Shown: piece after piece, positions 38,641-50,151 of the stretch
Numbering within the stretch: the first letter of the stretch is position 1
Layout: every line of letters starts with the position of its first letter
DNA from: Syncephalis fuscata S228
Taxonomy: Eukaryota > Fungi > Zoopagomycota
Assembly: GCA_025786725.1 (NCBI GenBank)
Contig: JAHLTZ010000037.1
Coordinates: 1-64,000 of the forward strand
Direction: 5' to 3'
Length of the DNA stretch: 64,000 nt
Translations under genes and position numbers: made by a program
The notes under the pieces: generated by a model
Told to the model about the DNA's origin: nothing
The model's input: only the letters and a program-made list of their open reading frames with translations
The model's database searches: none

Positions 38641-38643
<3 letters not shown>

Positions 38644-38677
<34 letters not shown>
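38644..38677. repeat. (GT)n microsatellite in the ERV14/RCC1-like divergent promoter
   Basis: About 17 GT units. Confidence 0.92.
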
Positions 38678-38679
<2 letters not shown>

Positions 38680-38784
38680 ATCAATAGACCATAATAGACA
38701 CACGTATTTAATAAATAGTGGTTACATATAGAACTATATTACCACGTGATAACATGTTTTTTACTTACTTTATTATTTTATATC

Positions 38785-40786
38785 ATGTTGACGACCACTT
38801 CGTTTAAAGTCGCGTTATTTAGAATGCCGACTATAGTTGGATCACGCCGAGGTTGTAGGCTATTTTATTTACCACAATATATATCAACTCGCCTTTACTT
38901 ACAATCGTCGCGACTTTTATGTCATTCATTTTCAACTAATAGTATCAATCGTGAATTGGTATTGAATAGACCACTAATATCCTCTTCAACAAACGTTAGT
39001 TCTACTACTATTGATGACATTAGTGGTGGTAGCGATAGTCAGCGACATTTATATGGATGGGGTCATGGTTTATATGGAATTACGCGTATCAAGTCACTAT
39101 CTGAACTACAGCTATCATCGCCTCATCATTTAACAACACTAGAAACAATAATGCGAAAGGTAAATACCAATATAAATACCAATATAAATATATAATAGAT
39201 ATCAATTACTAAAGACAGTATGATATACTCAATAATAAAGGATGCACCACTTATGGCTTGTGGATGGAGACATTCTCTTATGGCATTGAATAACGATGAT
39301 GGTGTTTATGGTTTTGGATTGAATCAAAGTGGACAACTTGGTAATAATATAAATACAATTAATATTAACGTAATTAATTAATTAATTAATTAACTAACTA
39401 ATTCTATCACTTTATTTAGGTATGGGTAAATGTACAAGTCGTACAGAAGGCAAAGTGTTTGGTTTACCTGTAGGTAGAATTAAGGCATTGGCAGCAGGTC
39501 GTGAACATTCTATTGTGGTGATCACTCCTAATGACAAGTCTAAATCCACACTATTATCTGATAAAAGTAAGTATTTTCTTATTTATAATGCTTGCGTATT
39601 TAATAGCTATAGTATTTGCTTTTGGCAGTTCAACTTATGGGCAACTCGGTATTGGAGCGAGTAAATGGCGTCAGAATGCTCAAATAGATTTCCGTTTAAG
39701 AAGATCAAATGAGCGACCACCGCTTGTATTTACTATGCCACAACTAGTTGAGTTACCTTCAAGTGGACAACCCATTGAAATACGTCAAGTAGTATGTGGT
39801 ATGGATCATACAGTATTTCTTACCGGTAGGATGGACTCTATTAAGTAATTATACATAATTATACTTATTAAGCGATAGAATCGGGCAGTATTTATACTTG
39901 TGGATGGGGTGCCGATGGTCAACTAGGCCTACCAAATTCTACTGTTGATCATGATACACCTATGCTTATTTCTCTACTAATTCCTAATCGTGTTATGAAA
40001 TTGGCTGCTTCAACCGATTTTACTTTAGCACTTACCGGTAAGTGGTGCATACTTGTAAGAGTCCATTAACCGCCACTGTATCTATCTAGACAATAATGAA
40101 TTGTATGCCTGGGGTAATGGAGAATACGGTCAATGTATGACTGGAAAGAAAATAGATAGAGTAAGCCTAACTACATTACTAATAGTATTATAGCGTTATA
40201 GTATTGTAACGTTAATTGATAGATTATGGCTCCAACTCATGTTACCACAATACCTACTAATAAATATGGCCGTATTGTAGATATGGCAGCAGGGGATCGT
40301 TTGCCTTAGTTCTAACTGGTAATGCCTATTGATATATTCAAATAGAATAAATAGTAACTAATGCAATGCTATTTATTAGAACATGGACATGTATTCAGTT
40401 GTGGCTATGCCGTACTTGGACAAGCCTCATCATCAGCATCTTTACTTTCTTCGACGAAACCATTACTAGTTCCTAATCTACCACCTATTCGTCAGCTAGC
40501 CTGTTCAACTAACTATGCCATGGTTATTGACGGTAACGCTATAACCACTATTTAATATTACTCTAATCTTTAACAACACTTTGATTATTTAGAACAAGGA
40601 CAACTCTATACATGGGGACTTGCCGGTAGATCTGGTGCACTTGGACAAGGCAATCTAAATAATATAGCTCAGCCGACACGTATTACATTTCCGTCTATTA
40701 ATAACACATCTGCTTCAGTGCCCGTAGTATCATCTATTGTATGTGGTGGATGCCATGTACTGGCCGTTATTGATGAACACTCATAA
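38785..40786 (+). CDS. RCC1-repeat beta-propeller protein with mitochondrial-presequence-like N-terminus (RCC1L/Fmp25-like)
   Basis: Repeated ACGWRHSL..VYGFGLNQSGQLG, AAGREHS, VCGMDHTVFLT..YTCGWGADGQLG, YAWGNGEYGQ, YTWG; Arg/Ser-rich N-terminus; 8 introns; +1 G needed at 40292-40295; start 38785 or 38824. Confidence 0.88.
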
Positions 40787-40849
40787 TTAATACGTGAAAT
40801 AAACATTTATTATTATTATATCACATAGCATTGACAATAACTGTGTCGT

Positions 40850-42289
40850 CTAGTCTGTTTCATCGACTACAGTTAATGAACCTAGACTATCTGCATAATA
40901 TTCTGGTATAATGGTTTGATTTCTTGGTGTATTTCTTGTTCAGTAGTCACACCTAATTAATAGAATTAGTATACTTAATTAAATAGCTATTATATAGACT
41001 ACCTGTCAACACTAAAAGCGTACTCATGCCACCTTGTATACCAAATTGTATATCTGTATTCAAACTAGTAATATATGGCGAATTAAAATAAATAACGAAG
41101 TAAATAAGCTAATACTTACCGATCACCAACCATACAAGTTTTTGATCGATCCAAATGATATCTATCAATTATTATTATTATTATGATAGTTGTATTACAT
41201 CTATTATATAGAATAAGGATTGGCATTACTTACTTGGCCACAATACAATCTAACATGGTCTGTGTTGGTTTGCCCAATACACGTGGTTCTCGGCCTGTAC
41301 TCTCTTTTATTGCTGCAACCATTGTTCCCGTTCCTAATTGAATGAGTCAGTTATAATTAGTAAATAATTATACTATTTAATTAATAGTAGATAATTACCA
41401 GGAAATGAGCCATTAAGGTGTGGAAATGTCGAGTCCGTATTAGTTGCCAAGAATAAACAATCAGGATTTGATTTCAAATAAACATAAGCTTTGGCCAATT
41501 TACGATAATTGATTTGCATATCAAATCCTACTAATACCGCACCAACCTATACATTTATTATCAATTAATACAAATATTATGTTATTGCTATTGTTATTTA
41601 TATGACTACCTACAGTTGGATCTGGTTTAATCTGTTCTACTTGTTCCCAGTCGACATCAGTGGCATCATCCTATATTAACAAATATATCAATGAGTATAG
41701 CTATCTTTTTACTTTTAATTATCGAGTTACCTGTGGATTATTATGTTGAATCGATTCATTATCTAACTCATCACATATACCGGATTGGCCAATAACATAG
41801 ACTTTTTTATCAGCAGGAAAGTCGATGACAGTTCGTAGATAGACGGCTGCTGCATAGGCTGATCCAAATATTTCCTCCTAAATAGATTTATTCCAGCTAA
41901 TGATGCTAGTGTACAGCTATAGTATTTATCGTACCTTGTGGGCCGCTAGTCCAAGTTTTTCAAACTTTTTTGTATAATTTTGACGAGATTGCGTACTGTT
42001 ATTAGTGACAAACAAAATACGCTTTTCTATAACATGAATACTATTAGCTATTGAATACTCGTAGTCTAATTCTACAGCTATAGCACTTGCCTCGCTTTCT
42101 TAGAATTTCTAATGCTTTACTGGCTCCAGGGATAAGGTGCTGTCCATGCCATAAAACACCTAAAATAGCAACGGTTAAGCAGAAATACAGATATCAATAC
42201 GCTAAAATACCATCACAGTCGAATAGAAAGGTGTCGAAGCGGTCGATAAACGTATCAAACGCCTTTTTAGTGATGAGTTTAGTGGACAT
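40850..42289 (-). CDS. PHO13: HAD-IIA 4-nitrophenylphosphatase / phosphoglycolate phosphatase
   Basis: [56 protein letters not shown]; about 10 introns including GC-AG 42027..42090; +1 A needed at 40920-40922. Missed by the ORF track. Confidence 0.93.
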
Positions 42290-42936
42290 GACTACACGTT
42301 GAATGGCTATCCGTAAGAGAAAGAAGACTTGGAACGTGAGTCAAGTCAGTGGGAACTGTATAAATATAAGTTTTATTGTATTCTAGTGTGACAATTATTA
42401 ATATAGATTAATAATCAACTAGAAGAAGCTATTTATAGTTTTTATTGACTTAACTAGACTGACTTGCCTATTTATTGCTATTAATTCTATGGATATACAA
42501 TGCTTAGTATTAAATACTAATATACTATTTATAGTTCATGATTGTAGTGCTCTATCGGTGCATGATATTCATTTTTTAAATAATAAACGTGGGCAGGCTA
42601 TATTTGAATTCAATACGCAAATAAATCAGTTAAATCAACGAAGCAAACAAAACAAAATCCATCCATGCTATCTAGCAAAGTAGCATATTACTTTGGCAAA
42701 TAACGGCAGACGAATACACTGGAATGCTAACGCTGAATATAATGGTTTTACGCATCAATGAAACGTCAGAGCGAAAAGTCAAATAATATAAATGCTCAAA
42801 CAACGAGATCAAACTAATAAGTAGAATCCCGAGTTTAATCAAATAATTAATTCGCTATAATACTATATTTGAAAAGCAGCACGTTCAAATGTGTTGTTTA
42901 AACACGTCATCATTTTGCAGAAATGGAATGGTTTAA

Positions 42937-43483
42937 TCAGACAGATTCGTCCAATAACCGCTCAATCTCCGGAATGGAGAAAGGCTCTTCGTTGGGTGCA
43001 TACCGTTTTACAGGTTCACCATTACGATTAATAAGGAACTATATGACAATGTTAAGTTATATAGATAGTAGGTAACAATCATGCTTGCCTTGGTAAAGTT
43101 CCACTTGATTGCGTCAAACATAAAGCCTTTCTGCTTCTGCTTCAGGTAAACATAAAGCGGATGTGCATTAGAGCCGTTAACATCGATCTTGTCGAACATA
43201 TCGAATTCCACGCCAAAGCCGGCGGCGAATTCTTTAATCTCTTCGTTGGTGCCCAATTCTTGACTGCCGAACTGGTTGCAGGGAAAGCAGAGGATGCGCA
43301 AACCACGCTCGCGATAGCGCTGATCGAGCTGAACTATCTGGTGTAGTTTAGCTTTGTAAAACCGCACTTGGAGGCTACATTGACGACAAGGACAACCTGG
43401 CCACGGTATTGCTCCATGGACACCTCATTGCCGTCAATGTCAAGGGCGGTAAAGTCGTAGAAATTCTTCGACGAATCTGCCAT
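42937..43483 (-). CDS. GPX: Cys-type glutathione peroxidase (PHGPx/Hyr1-like)
   Basis: [27 protein letters not shown]|FLINRNG; +1 C at 43340-43341 joins the two ORFs; GC-AG intron 43039..43088. Confidence 0.94.
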
Positions 43484-43743
43484 TGTTTCGTTGTCGTTGC
43501 CAGTCTTTCCTGGACTGATATTGGGCGCGTTCTGTTGCTGTGAAGTGGAATATACAGCTTTGTCAGTTGCAAACAAACAAATACTTGAGATAGATAGGTC
43601 GGGAGAAAGAAGTTTATAATATTCATATTTAACAATTATCAAGATTGTTTAAATAATTTGTCTGTTGCATAGAATCGGTGATACAAAATATATTGCGTAT
43701 TTGTTTGGTGTTTATCCATTTTGGTTGGTTATTTCTTTCATCA

Positions 43744-44722
43744 ATGTCGGATAGTGTTAATTATAGTGATGTTGGCGATAATCGCCACTCTTACCGACAT
43801 CGTCGCGGTGGAAGTAAAAGTCCAGATCGCTATGAACAGAGTCGGTCACCACCGCCATCCTCTTCTGTGTCGGCTCGGTATGATCGACGCGATAATAACA
43901 ATAGTAATGAGAGACGACATGGCGGTAGAGCACGTTCGCGGTCTCGGTCGCCGGGCTATCGACGACGCTCTCGTACGCCTGATCGATACCGCCGACACCA
44001 CTCTCGTTCCCGTTCTCGCTCGCTAGACCGACGAGGAGGTACTGATAATAGTACGCAATGAGGCGCCACTAATAAATATCATCGAGTAGATAGTTATGGG
44101 CGTGAGGATCGTGGTCGGCGCGACTATCGTAGGCGAGATGTTGATAGGCGAGGCAAGTCTACAGTATTTGCAGGCTATAATATAATTAATCAATCGATGA
44201 AATTTGATCCTAATCACTAATAGATACAAGACGTAGATCGCGCTCAAGATCACGTTCAAAAACAAGAGGACATCGATCACAGAATCGTTCACGTTCTAGA
44301 AGGTAGTGACTAGTCTAACAATATTCTATTATTCTATTACTAACTATTTATAGTACGGGTCGAACTATACGTTATGGTAGGCGATGACGGGCAATTAAAG
44401 TAACCATAGGTACAATAGGTAGCTAATGACCGATAAGTAGGAGATGAAGAGGAAGGAGCTATTGTGGATGAAAATGCAGCATCAGCTGATCCAGCTGACA
44501 CCGATGAAGCTGCTATGATGGCACTTATGGGCTTTAGTGGATTTACCACCACCAAGGTGTGTTTGGCTATCTTCTAATTGCTGCCAAGCTTATACTATAT
44601 TGTAGGGAGCTCATGTGCCAGGCACCGATGTGAGTGGATCAGATGTGAGAAAAGCCAGAACCTATCGACAGTATATGAATCGACGAGGCGGATTCAATCG
44701 TCCATTAGATAAAGTAACTTAG
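43744..44722 (+). CDS. SNRNP27: U4/U6.U5 tri-snRNP 27 kDa protein (RS domain + DUF1777)
   Basis: RS-rich N-terminus; C-terminal MMALMGFSGFTTTK|GAHVPG..RTYRQYMNRRGGFNRPLD; introns include 44039..44089 and GC-AG 44153..44223. Confidence 0.93.
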
Positions 44723-45275
44723 CACAGCAGACATATTTATTATAATAGTGCTACAATAAATATAGATGGTTTAAACTAAAGATACATTAATGTAAATAAA
44801 GAAATAATGCTAATAATGTTTAAAGGCTAGTGAATATTTATGTAATAAAATTCAATTGATCACGTAATACTATTATAAATATTAGTATAATTACTTGTTC
44901 AACATTTGTCATTAATTGCCATTGTTTGATTTAAATAAACTAAATAATATTTACAACAATTGGATGCAATAAAATAAATAGATTAACTATCAGGCTTTAA
45001 TAGAATGGTGATACGATAACTGCTTATCGCTTTTACAAGTTGCTAAATGTTTTAATTTATGTCCTTACGCATCTATTTGTTTTATTAATATTGTTTTTAT
45101 GTTGTATTCGCGATTTGTATAATAACAATGGCCAATTACACTATTTTAATTTCGGACTAACTTAATAATAATAATAATAATAATAAATATTATAATATTA
45201 TATGGCGGAAACGGTCTGTTAACGGTTTATTAATTTTATTTTTAGATTATAATAATTTAGAAGACTGCCTATTGA

Positions 45276-45694
45276 TTAGATAGACTGTAATCTATGAGGT
45301 TTTCTCTTTTCAGCAGCTTCGTCGGCATCGTGTTTTTTAATTGCTTCATCTATGGCTTTCTTGGCTCCGACGGCAGCGATGGTACCGGCTACACCAGCGG
45401 CAATAGGTAAAACGATTGGTGCTGCAGCACCAAGTGCTACACCAGCCCCAACGGCGGCAAGACCTGCTGACGTTGCCATGCCAGTGCCCGTGCCTACAAT
45501 AGAACCAGCGACAGGTGATGCCAATTCTTTAGATATCTTAGAGGCGCCATTCTTAACGTTGTCACCAAACTTTTGGAATTGTTCGTTTATACGATTCTCC
45601 TCTCTAGGCATGGGAACGGCATCCACACACATTAAAGTCATTTGAGTGGCGACGATAGCGATGGCCAAAAACTGGGTATAAGAGAAGAAACCAT
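45276..45694 (-). CDS. Small secreted glycine-zipper protein (cluster member 1)
   Basis: ATG 45694 enters the frame with +1 T (MVFFSYTQFLAIAIV..VDA/VPMP); amphipathic helix, then LASPVAGSIVGTGTGMATSAGLAAVGAGVALG hydrophobic hairpin; homologous to 46486..47000. Confidence 0.8.
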
Positions 45695-46485
45695 GTTGGT
45701 AATAGGTGGTAGTTATTGTAAGAGTAAAGCTTGCGTATTGTTCGTTAGTCGATTAGAAGTCCGGCTTCGGCGGCTTAGCTTGCGTGATATGAAGTGTAAG
45801 TAGTAAGCGGGATGTTGTGTTAGAACTAAAAGTTGCTGGTGAAGAATATTGCCAATTGCTTGTCATTTGACACATATTTATATTGGTATTTCCTAAGTTT
45901 CTAACGGAAATGTAGTTGCCGAGCTATTGAGCAGATACTAAAATTTGAAATGTCCAGAAAACGAAGTTTGGATGTGTCGCGTGATATTGTTACTTAAACA
46001 CGTGTCACAATAACAAAGTAGCTAACTTTTTTGGATGGATTATCGTTTTGTTTCTTAAACTGGTGACATTGATTATAAATAGATAAAACGTGCCATTGCT
46101 GTTTCCAATGTATTGCTGGTATTGGCTCTTAGCACAAACCAAACACAAAGGCACCAACTACATATAATTCGTTTTACTAGCACCTGTTTTACAATTTGGG
46201 CTTCTTTTTGTTTATCAATGGTTAGCCAGTGAGCAAGGCCTGTATTATAGCTGCAATTGTCCATGGATTGCTACTATTATCAAGTAACATGGTCTAAAAA
46301 GCAATTCTAAAGCGTGTTTTTTGAAACACTACATGTTTAATGATGCCAATAATAGTATCAACAAATTTACAAGTGTATATTTTGTGTAATAAGTTTATTT
46401 ATTTTACGGCTATTATATGGTATAATTAAACCGCTGATATTAGAATAGTCGTAAACTAAATATATATTGCTCACAATTATATATA

Positions 46486-47000
46486 TTATTTGGTAGCTGG
46501 CAAAGCATTTGGTGGCTTGCTGCTTAGTCCACCTGCCCTTCTTTGCTCTCTTTCTTCTTTGCGCTTTTTGTGTGCATCCAATAGGTGTTGAGTGCCGTCC
46601 TTAGCCGCCCCGTTTGCGGCAGTACTGACCGCACTGCTAACAACTGGTATGATCAAAGTGCTAGCCACTGATCCCGCGGCAAAACCTGCTGGGCCGGCCA
46701 GCGCTGTAAGTCCTGCAGTAACTCCAATACCGGCGGCCGTTCCAACGACGGCGCCAGCTACGGGAGAAGCCAATTGGTCACGTAAATGTTTGGCTTCCGC
46801 CTTAATCTTTTGGCCGATACGATGCAACCGCTCGTGCTTGGGCTTATCGGCTGGGTTTGCACCATTCGTGGAGTTGTGGGTTTTGGTGTATCTTTACTAG
46901 ACGATCCGTGTGGTATAGGAGTTGCTTCAATGACAGAAATAGTGACCAGTAAGGACACCACAATAAATACCAGCAGTTGAAGACGAGAGAAAGCAACCAT
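46486..47000 (-). CDS. Small secreted glycine-zipper protein (cluster member 2)
   Basis: Signal peptide MVAFSRLQLLVFIVV..IEA/TPIP (ORF 46758..47000) joins ORF 46486..46827 with +1 base near 46880; LASPVAGAVVGTAAGIGVTAGLTALAG. Confidence 0.8.
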
Positions 47001-48658
47001 TATAGATAATAGGTAGATGATTCTTTAAAAGTCGATAATAAAATGTTGGCGTTAAATAGCTACTGGAAGACCAGCTTCAGTAGGCAGTGGATTGTACGTA
47101 GATTGAAATAGATATGGGCGATTAGGAGCAGTAAGCTGCAATTCGTTCCGAGGCGTGAGTGATGGACGTTAAATCAAAGATATTTAGTTGTGATATTTAC
47201 AATAAAATAGCGTACATTTATACTAATATTTATTGATGCATGATTTTAATGATCAGGGTGTTACCTGGTCTTTGGTAAAGGCAAGGAGAACATTGTACTT
47301 GTGATGCCTAAACGTCGGATAGGGCCGCCCATTATACACAAGCACAGACAAAAGTCCGCTGATATTATTTATTATAAAGTACACAGCTTTTTTGCATACA
47401 AAAGTACGTAGCAATTAATTCTATTAAATCTATTACACTTTACTTGTGACGTCAAATTTGTATGGAGTACAAATGCTTGCTCTTTTGGTTTCTCATTTAA
47501 CAACATATGATTGGCGCTCTGCGAGTTGAGAAATATCACATGAAAACAGAGGCCTATTGTTTATGAACACAGAGTTCCATTAGTATGAGTTTTGAGGCAA
47601 ACGTAGTACAATTGTACTAAATGCCTTAGGTCGCTGGCAAAAGATAGGAACTAACCAAGAAGATATGAACATCGAAACAATGTATTAAGTGCAGCTTTTA
47701 AAATCGAATAAAAGTATTCTACTTTCACCTCATCAACAAACCATCTATCTGTTACTATATATGTGATTCACGCAGTTATAAAGCCTTAGCTATGTGTAAC
47801 ACTGCAATAATTGACATGAACAAATTCCAGTTTTTTGTTAAACCATCCAACTAAATTTGGTTCATAATCACGCTCTTTCGTAAAAAGATGGCGTGTTCTA
47901 TAACAACAACAGCTGAGTTGTATTAATTCCGGAGATTGAACGGGTTTTTTCAGAAAAATTGTAAAATGGAATAATAGAACAAAACATTTCAATTGCCGGG
48001 ATAAAAAAACTCCGATTGCCAATTTATTGGGAATTTATCGCCATGGCAAACCAACAAAGTGCTAACTATTTCGCTACTAAGGTCAACCAATGTTGCGCTA
48101 ATAGACTAAAGCTTGTGTCTATGGTATAATTGTATTACATACACCTGTGAAATGGCCAACATTTACCAAGTCATTATTTTAACAGAAACATTTCAAATAA
48201 CACAGTTGTCATTTTCAAGCAATATTGTTTGCTGATGACAACCAGATTAATCACACATGCCAGATTATCTATCATTTAATGCCCATTACCATATTTAGTA
48301 TAACAACGTGTACATTTCTCTGGATTTAGTTGTTAGTAGGTCGGTCATGTGAGTAATACAAAAATGTACAATACAAATAAAGCCACAGGCTCGACAAGCA
48401 GCTTTGCGCCCATTAATTACGATTTTCACATTTGCCATCAGTCTATTCCTTCTTACCTCAACCAAACATATCTACGCTAGTCATATTACTTTTACTTCAG
48501 TTATACGTAACGCAAATTATTTAAATAACCAACCAACCATTAAAATAACGATTTTCATTAAGTTATTATTCACTCAAATCAGCGCGATCCAACCATTCAA
48601 CGAGTGCGTTTTATTTCTCAAAGTTTTATTTAAGTAGCGCTAAATTGCTACATCTTTT

Positions 48659-49921
48659 ATGAGTGCCACCGGTGGTTCTACAAACATACATGGTCGTCGG
48701 CCTAGTAAGGTGACTGCGCAATGCGTCAATCTTTCCTTTCATGCTTTAAGTTTAGTTGTCATCTTGATGATGACCTGTTTGTTTAGTACCATTTCAGTTG
48801 CTCTTCCCATCATTATTGATCAGCCCAGTTCTGACCACAACAACAGTAACAGTAAAAACAATACCGTTAGCCTATCCCACTCCAATTCATCCGATACTTT
48901 GTTAATATCTGCGACCGATTCAAACAATTTATTAAACAGCACAACTCAGTCCCTCAACACGACCTCTTTGTTACCGCTGACTGAGTCGGAATTAAATAAG
49001 CACAATGGATCAAGTCTAGCTGGCATTGCAAAGACAGAAGTAAAGAATGCTGCCAAACATCTTGGAGTTAGTCTAGTAAGCGGATTGGTTGGCAGCAGTT
49101 TCGCTCAGGGTCTTTACAAAGGCCAATGGAGCCCAGCCACGGCCGAAACTGGAGGTGGAGGCTTAGGCACAACAACCAAAGTCACAACCTTGACAGCATT
49201 GGATAAATCTGGCTTAAACAATACAATGTCCATTGATCCTGCATCTAATGCCACTATTATTGACCAAGGACATCCAAAGTTTGATAAAAAGAAATTGGCG
49301 AAGACAGTGGTTCCTGCACTGGTAGCTGGCAGTGCAGCTTCATTAGCAGCATTTGGTGTTATTACTGCTATGGGCGGACCACGCGTTGACTCATTTATGG
49401 CGGCCAATGCAGTTGCTTCCGTAGTCTGGAACCGCACACAAACGGAAATCAACCGCAAAGTATTTGGCGTTGGCCTACGAAACAAGACTGCCGATACACG
49501 TACTCGACTTGAGCGCATCAAGGATACAGCTATCGGACTAGTACCCAATATAGTTGGTGGTGCAATGAATGGCATGGTTGGTGGTGCAATTGTTGGAAAG
49601 ATTGGTGCCAATGCAGCACTCAACGTACTTGGCGATAGGGGTAGAACCATATTAGGCGAAACCTTAAGTAGTGGATTTGGCGGTATGACTCAAGAAGAAA
49701 CTGTACGCGCTGTTCGTGCAGCGGCTAATCACATTGACTCGCCAATCACATCTATTATGCGTGGAGACACGACACGAAATTTTACCATGTCTGCTTCAGA
49801 CAATACCGCTTCATTTGATCCTCTATTTGCTGGTGGCACATCGGGCGCAGTTAGCAAAAGTTCAGCAGGATCGTCTACAGGACGTAGCGGGTTTGCTGGT
49901 TCTGGCAATGGTGGCAAATGA
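48659..49921 (+). CDS. Secreted protein with S/N/T-rich region and three basic-helix + glycine-zipper units (cluster member 3)
   Basis: Intronless 420 aa; hydrophobic leader ending SVA/LP; VKNAAKHLGVSLVSGLVG, KKLAKTVVPALVAGSAASLAAFG, RIKDTAIGLVPNIVGGAMNGMVGGAIVG. Confidence 0.78.
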   Translation: MSATGGSTNIHGRRPSKVTAQCVNLSFHALSLVVILMMTCLFSTISVALPIIIDQPSSDHNNSNSKNNTVSLSHSNSSDTLLISATDSNNLLNSTTQSLNTTSLLPLTESELNKHNGSSLAGIAKTEVKNAAKHLGVSLVSGLVGSSFAQGLYKGQWSPATAETGGGGLGTTTKVTTLTALDKSGLNNTMSIDPASNATIIDQGHPKFDKKKLAKTVVPALVAGSAASLAAFGVITAMGGPRVDSFMAANAVASVVWNRTQTEINRKVFGVGLRNKTADTRTRLERIKDTAIGLVPNIVGGAMNGMVGGAIVGKIGANAALNVLGDRGRTILGETLSSGFGGMTQEETVRAVRAAANHIDSPITSIMRGDTTRNFTMSASDNTASFDPLFAGGTSGAVSKSSAGSSTGRSGFAGSGNGGK

Positions 49922-50151
49922 TAATATTATTTCCTTTCTTTTCAGCGATTTACGAAAATAAACATATAAAATTAACTAAAAGTGCATGTTTATATTAATG
50001 CTTTTGTACCATTATCATTGCAAAAGTATTCTACAAAATTAGCAATTAGTGAATGCACACGTCTTGCATTAAAACAAAATAGCATATGTATTTTATCTAG
50101 TATATAAATATTATCGCTTAAGACTATTTATTATAACATATTTTAAAATAA

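Noticed and set aside
43365-43367. Selenocysteine in GPx (some Zoopagomycota use Sec)
   Set aside because: The active-site codon is TGC (Cys); the ORF break is a missing C at 43340-43341 that creates a TAG, not an in-frame TGA.
34011-43483. Calling CYP, RCC1-like, PHO13 and GPx pseudogenes
   Set aside because: Catalytic motifs and splice sites are intact and the lesions are single-base homopolymer losses, better explained as assembly error.
44059-44061. In-frame TGA followed by continued RD/RS coding in SNRNP27 (readthrough or Sec?)
   Set aside because: It lies inside a 51-nt GT-AG intron (44039..44089) with a CTAAT branch site.
25142-44936. Shared 16-mer attgtttgatttaaat at ~25142 and ~44921
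   Set aside because: Similarity does not extend convincingly; plausible by chance in very AT-rich DNA.
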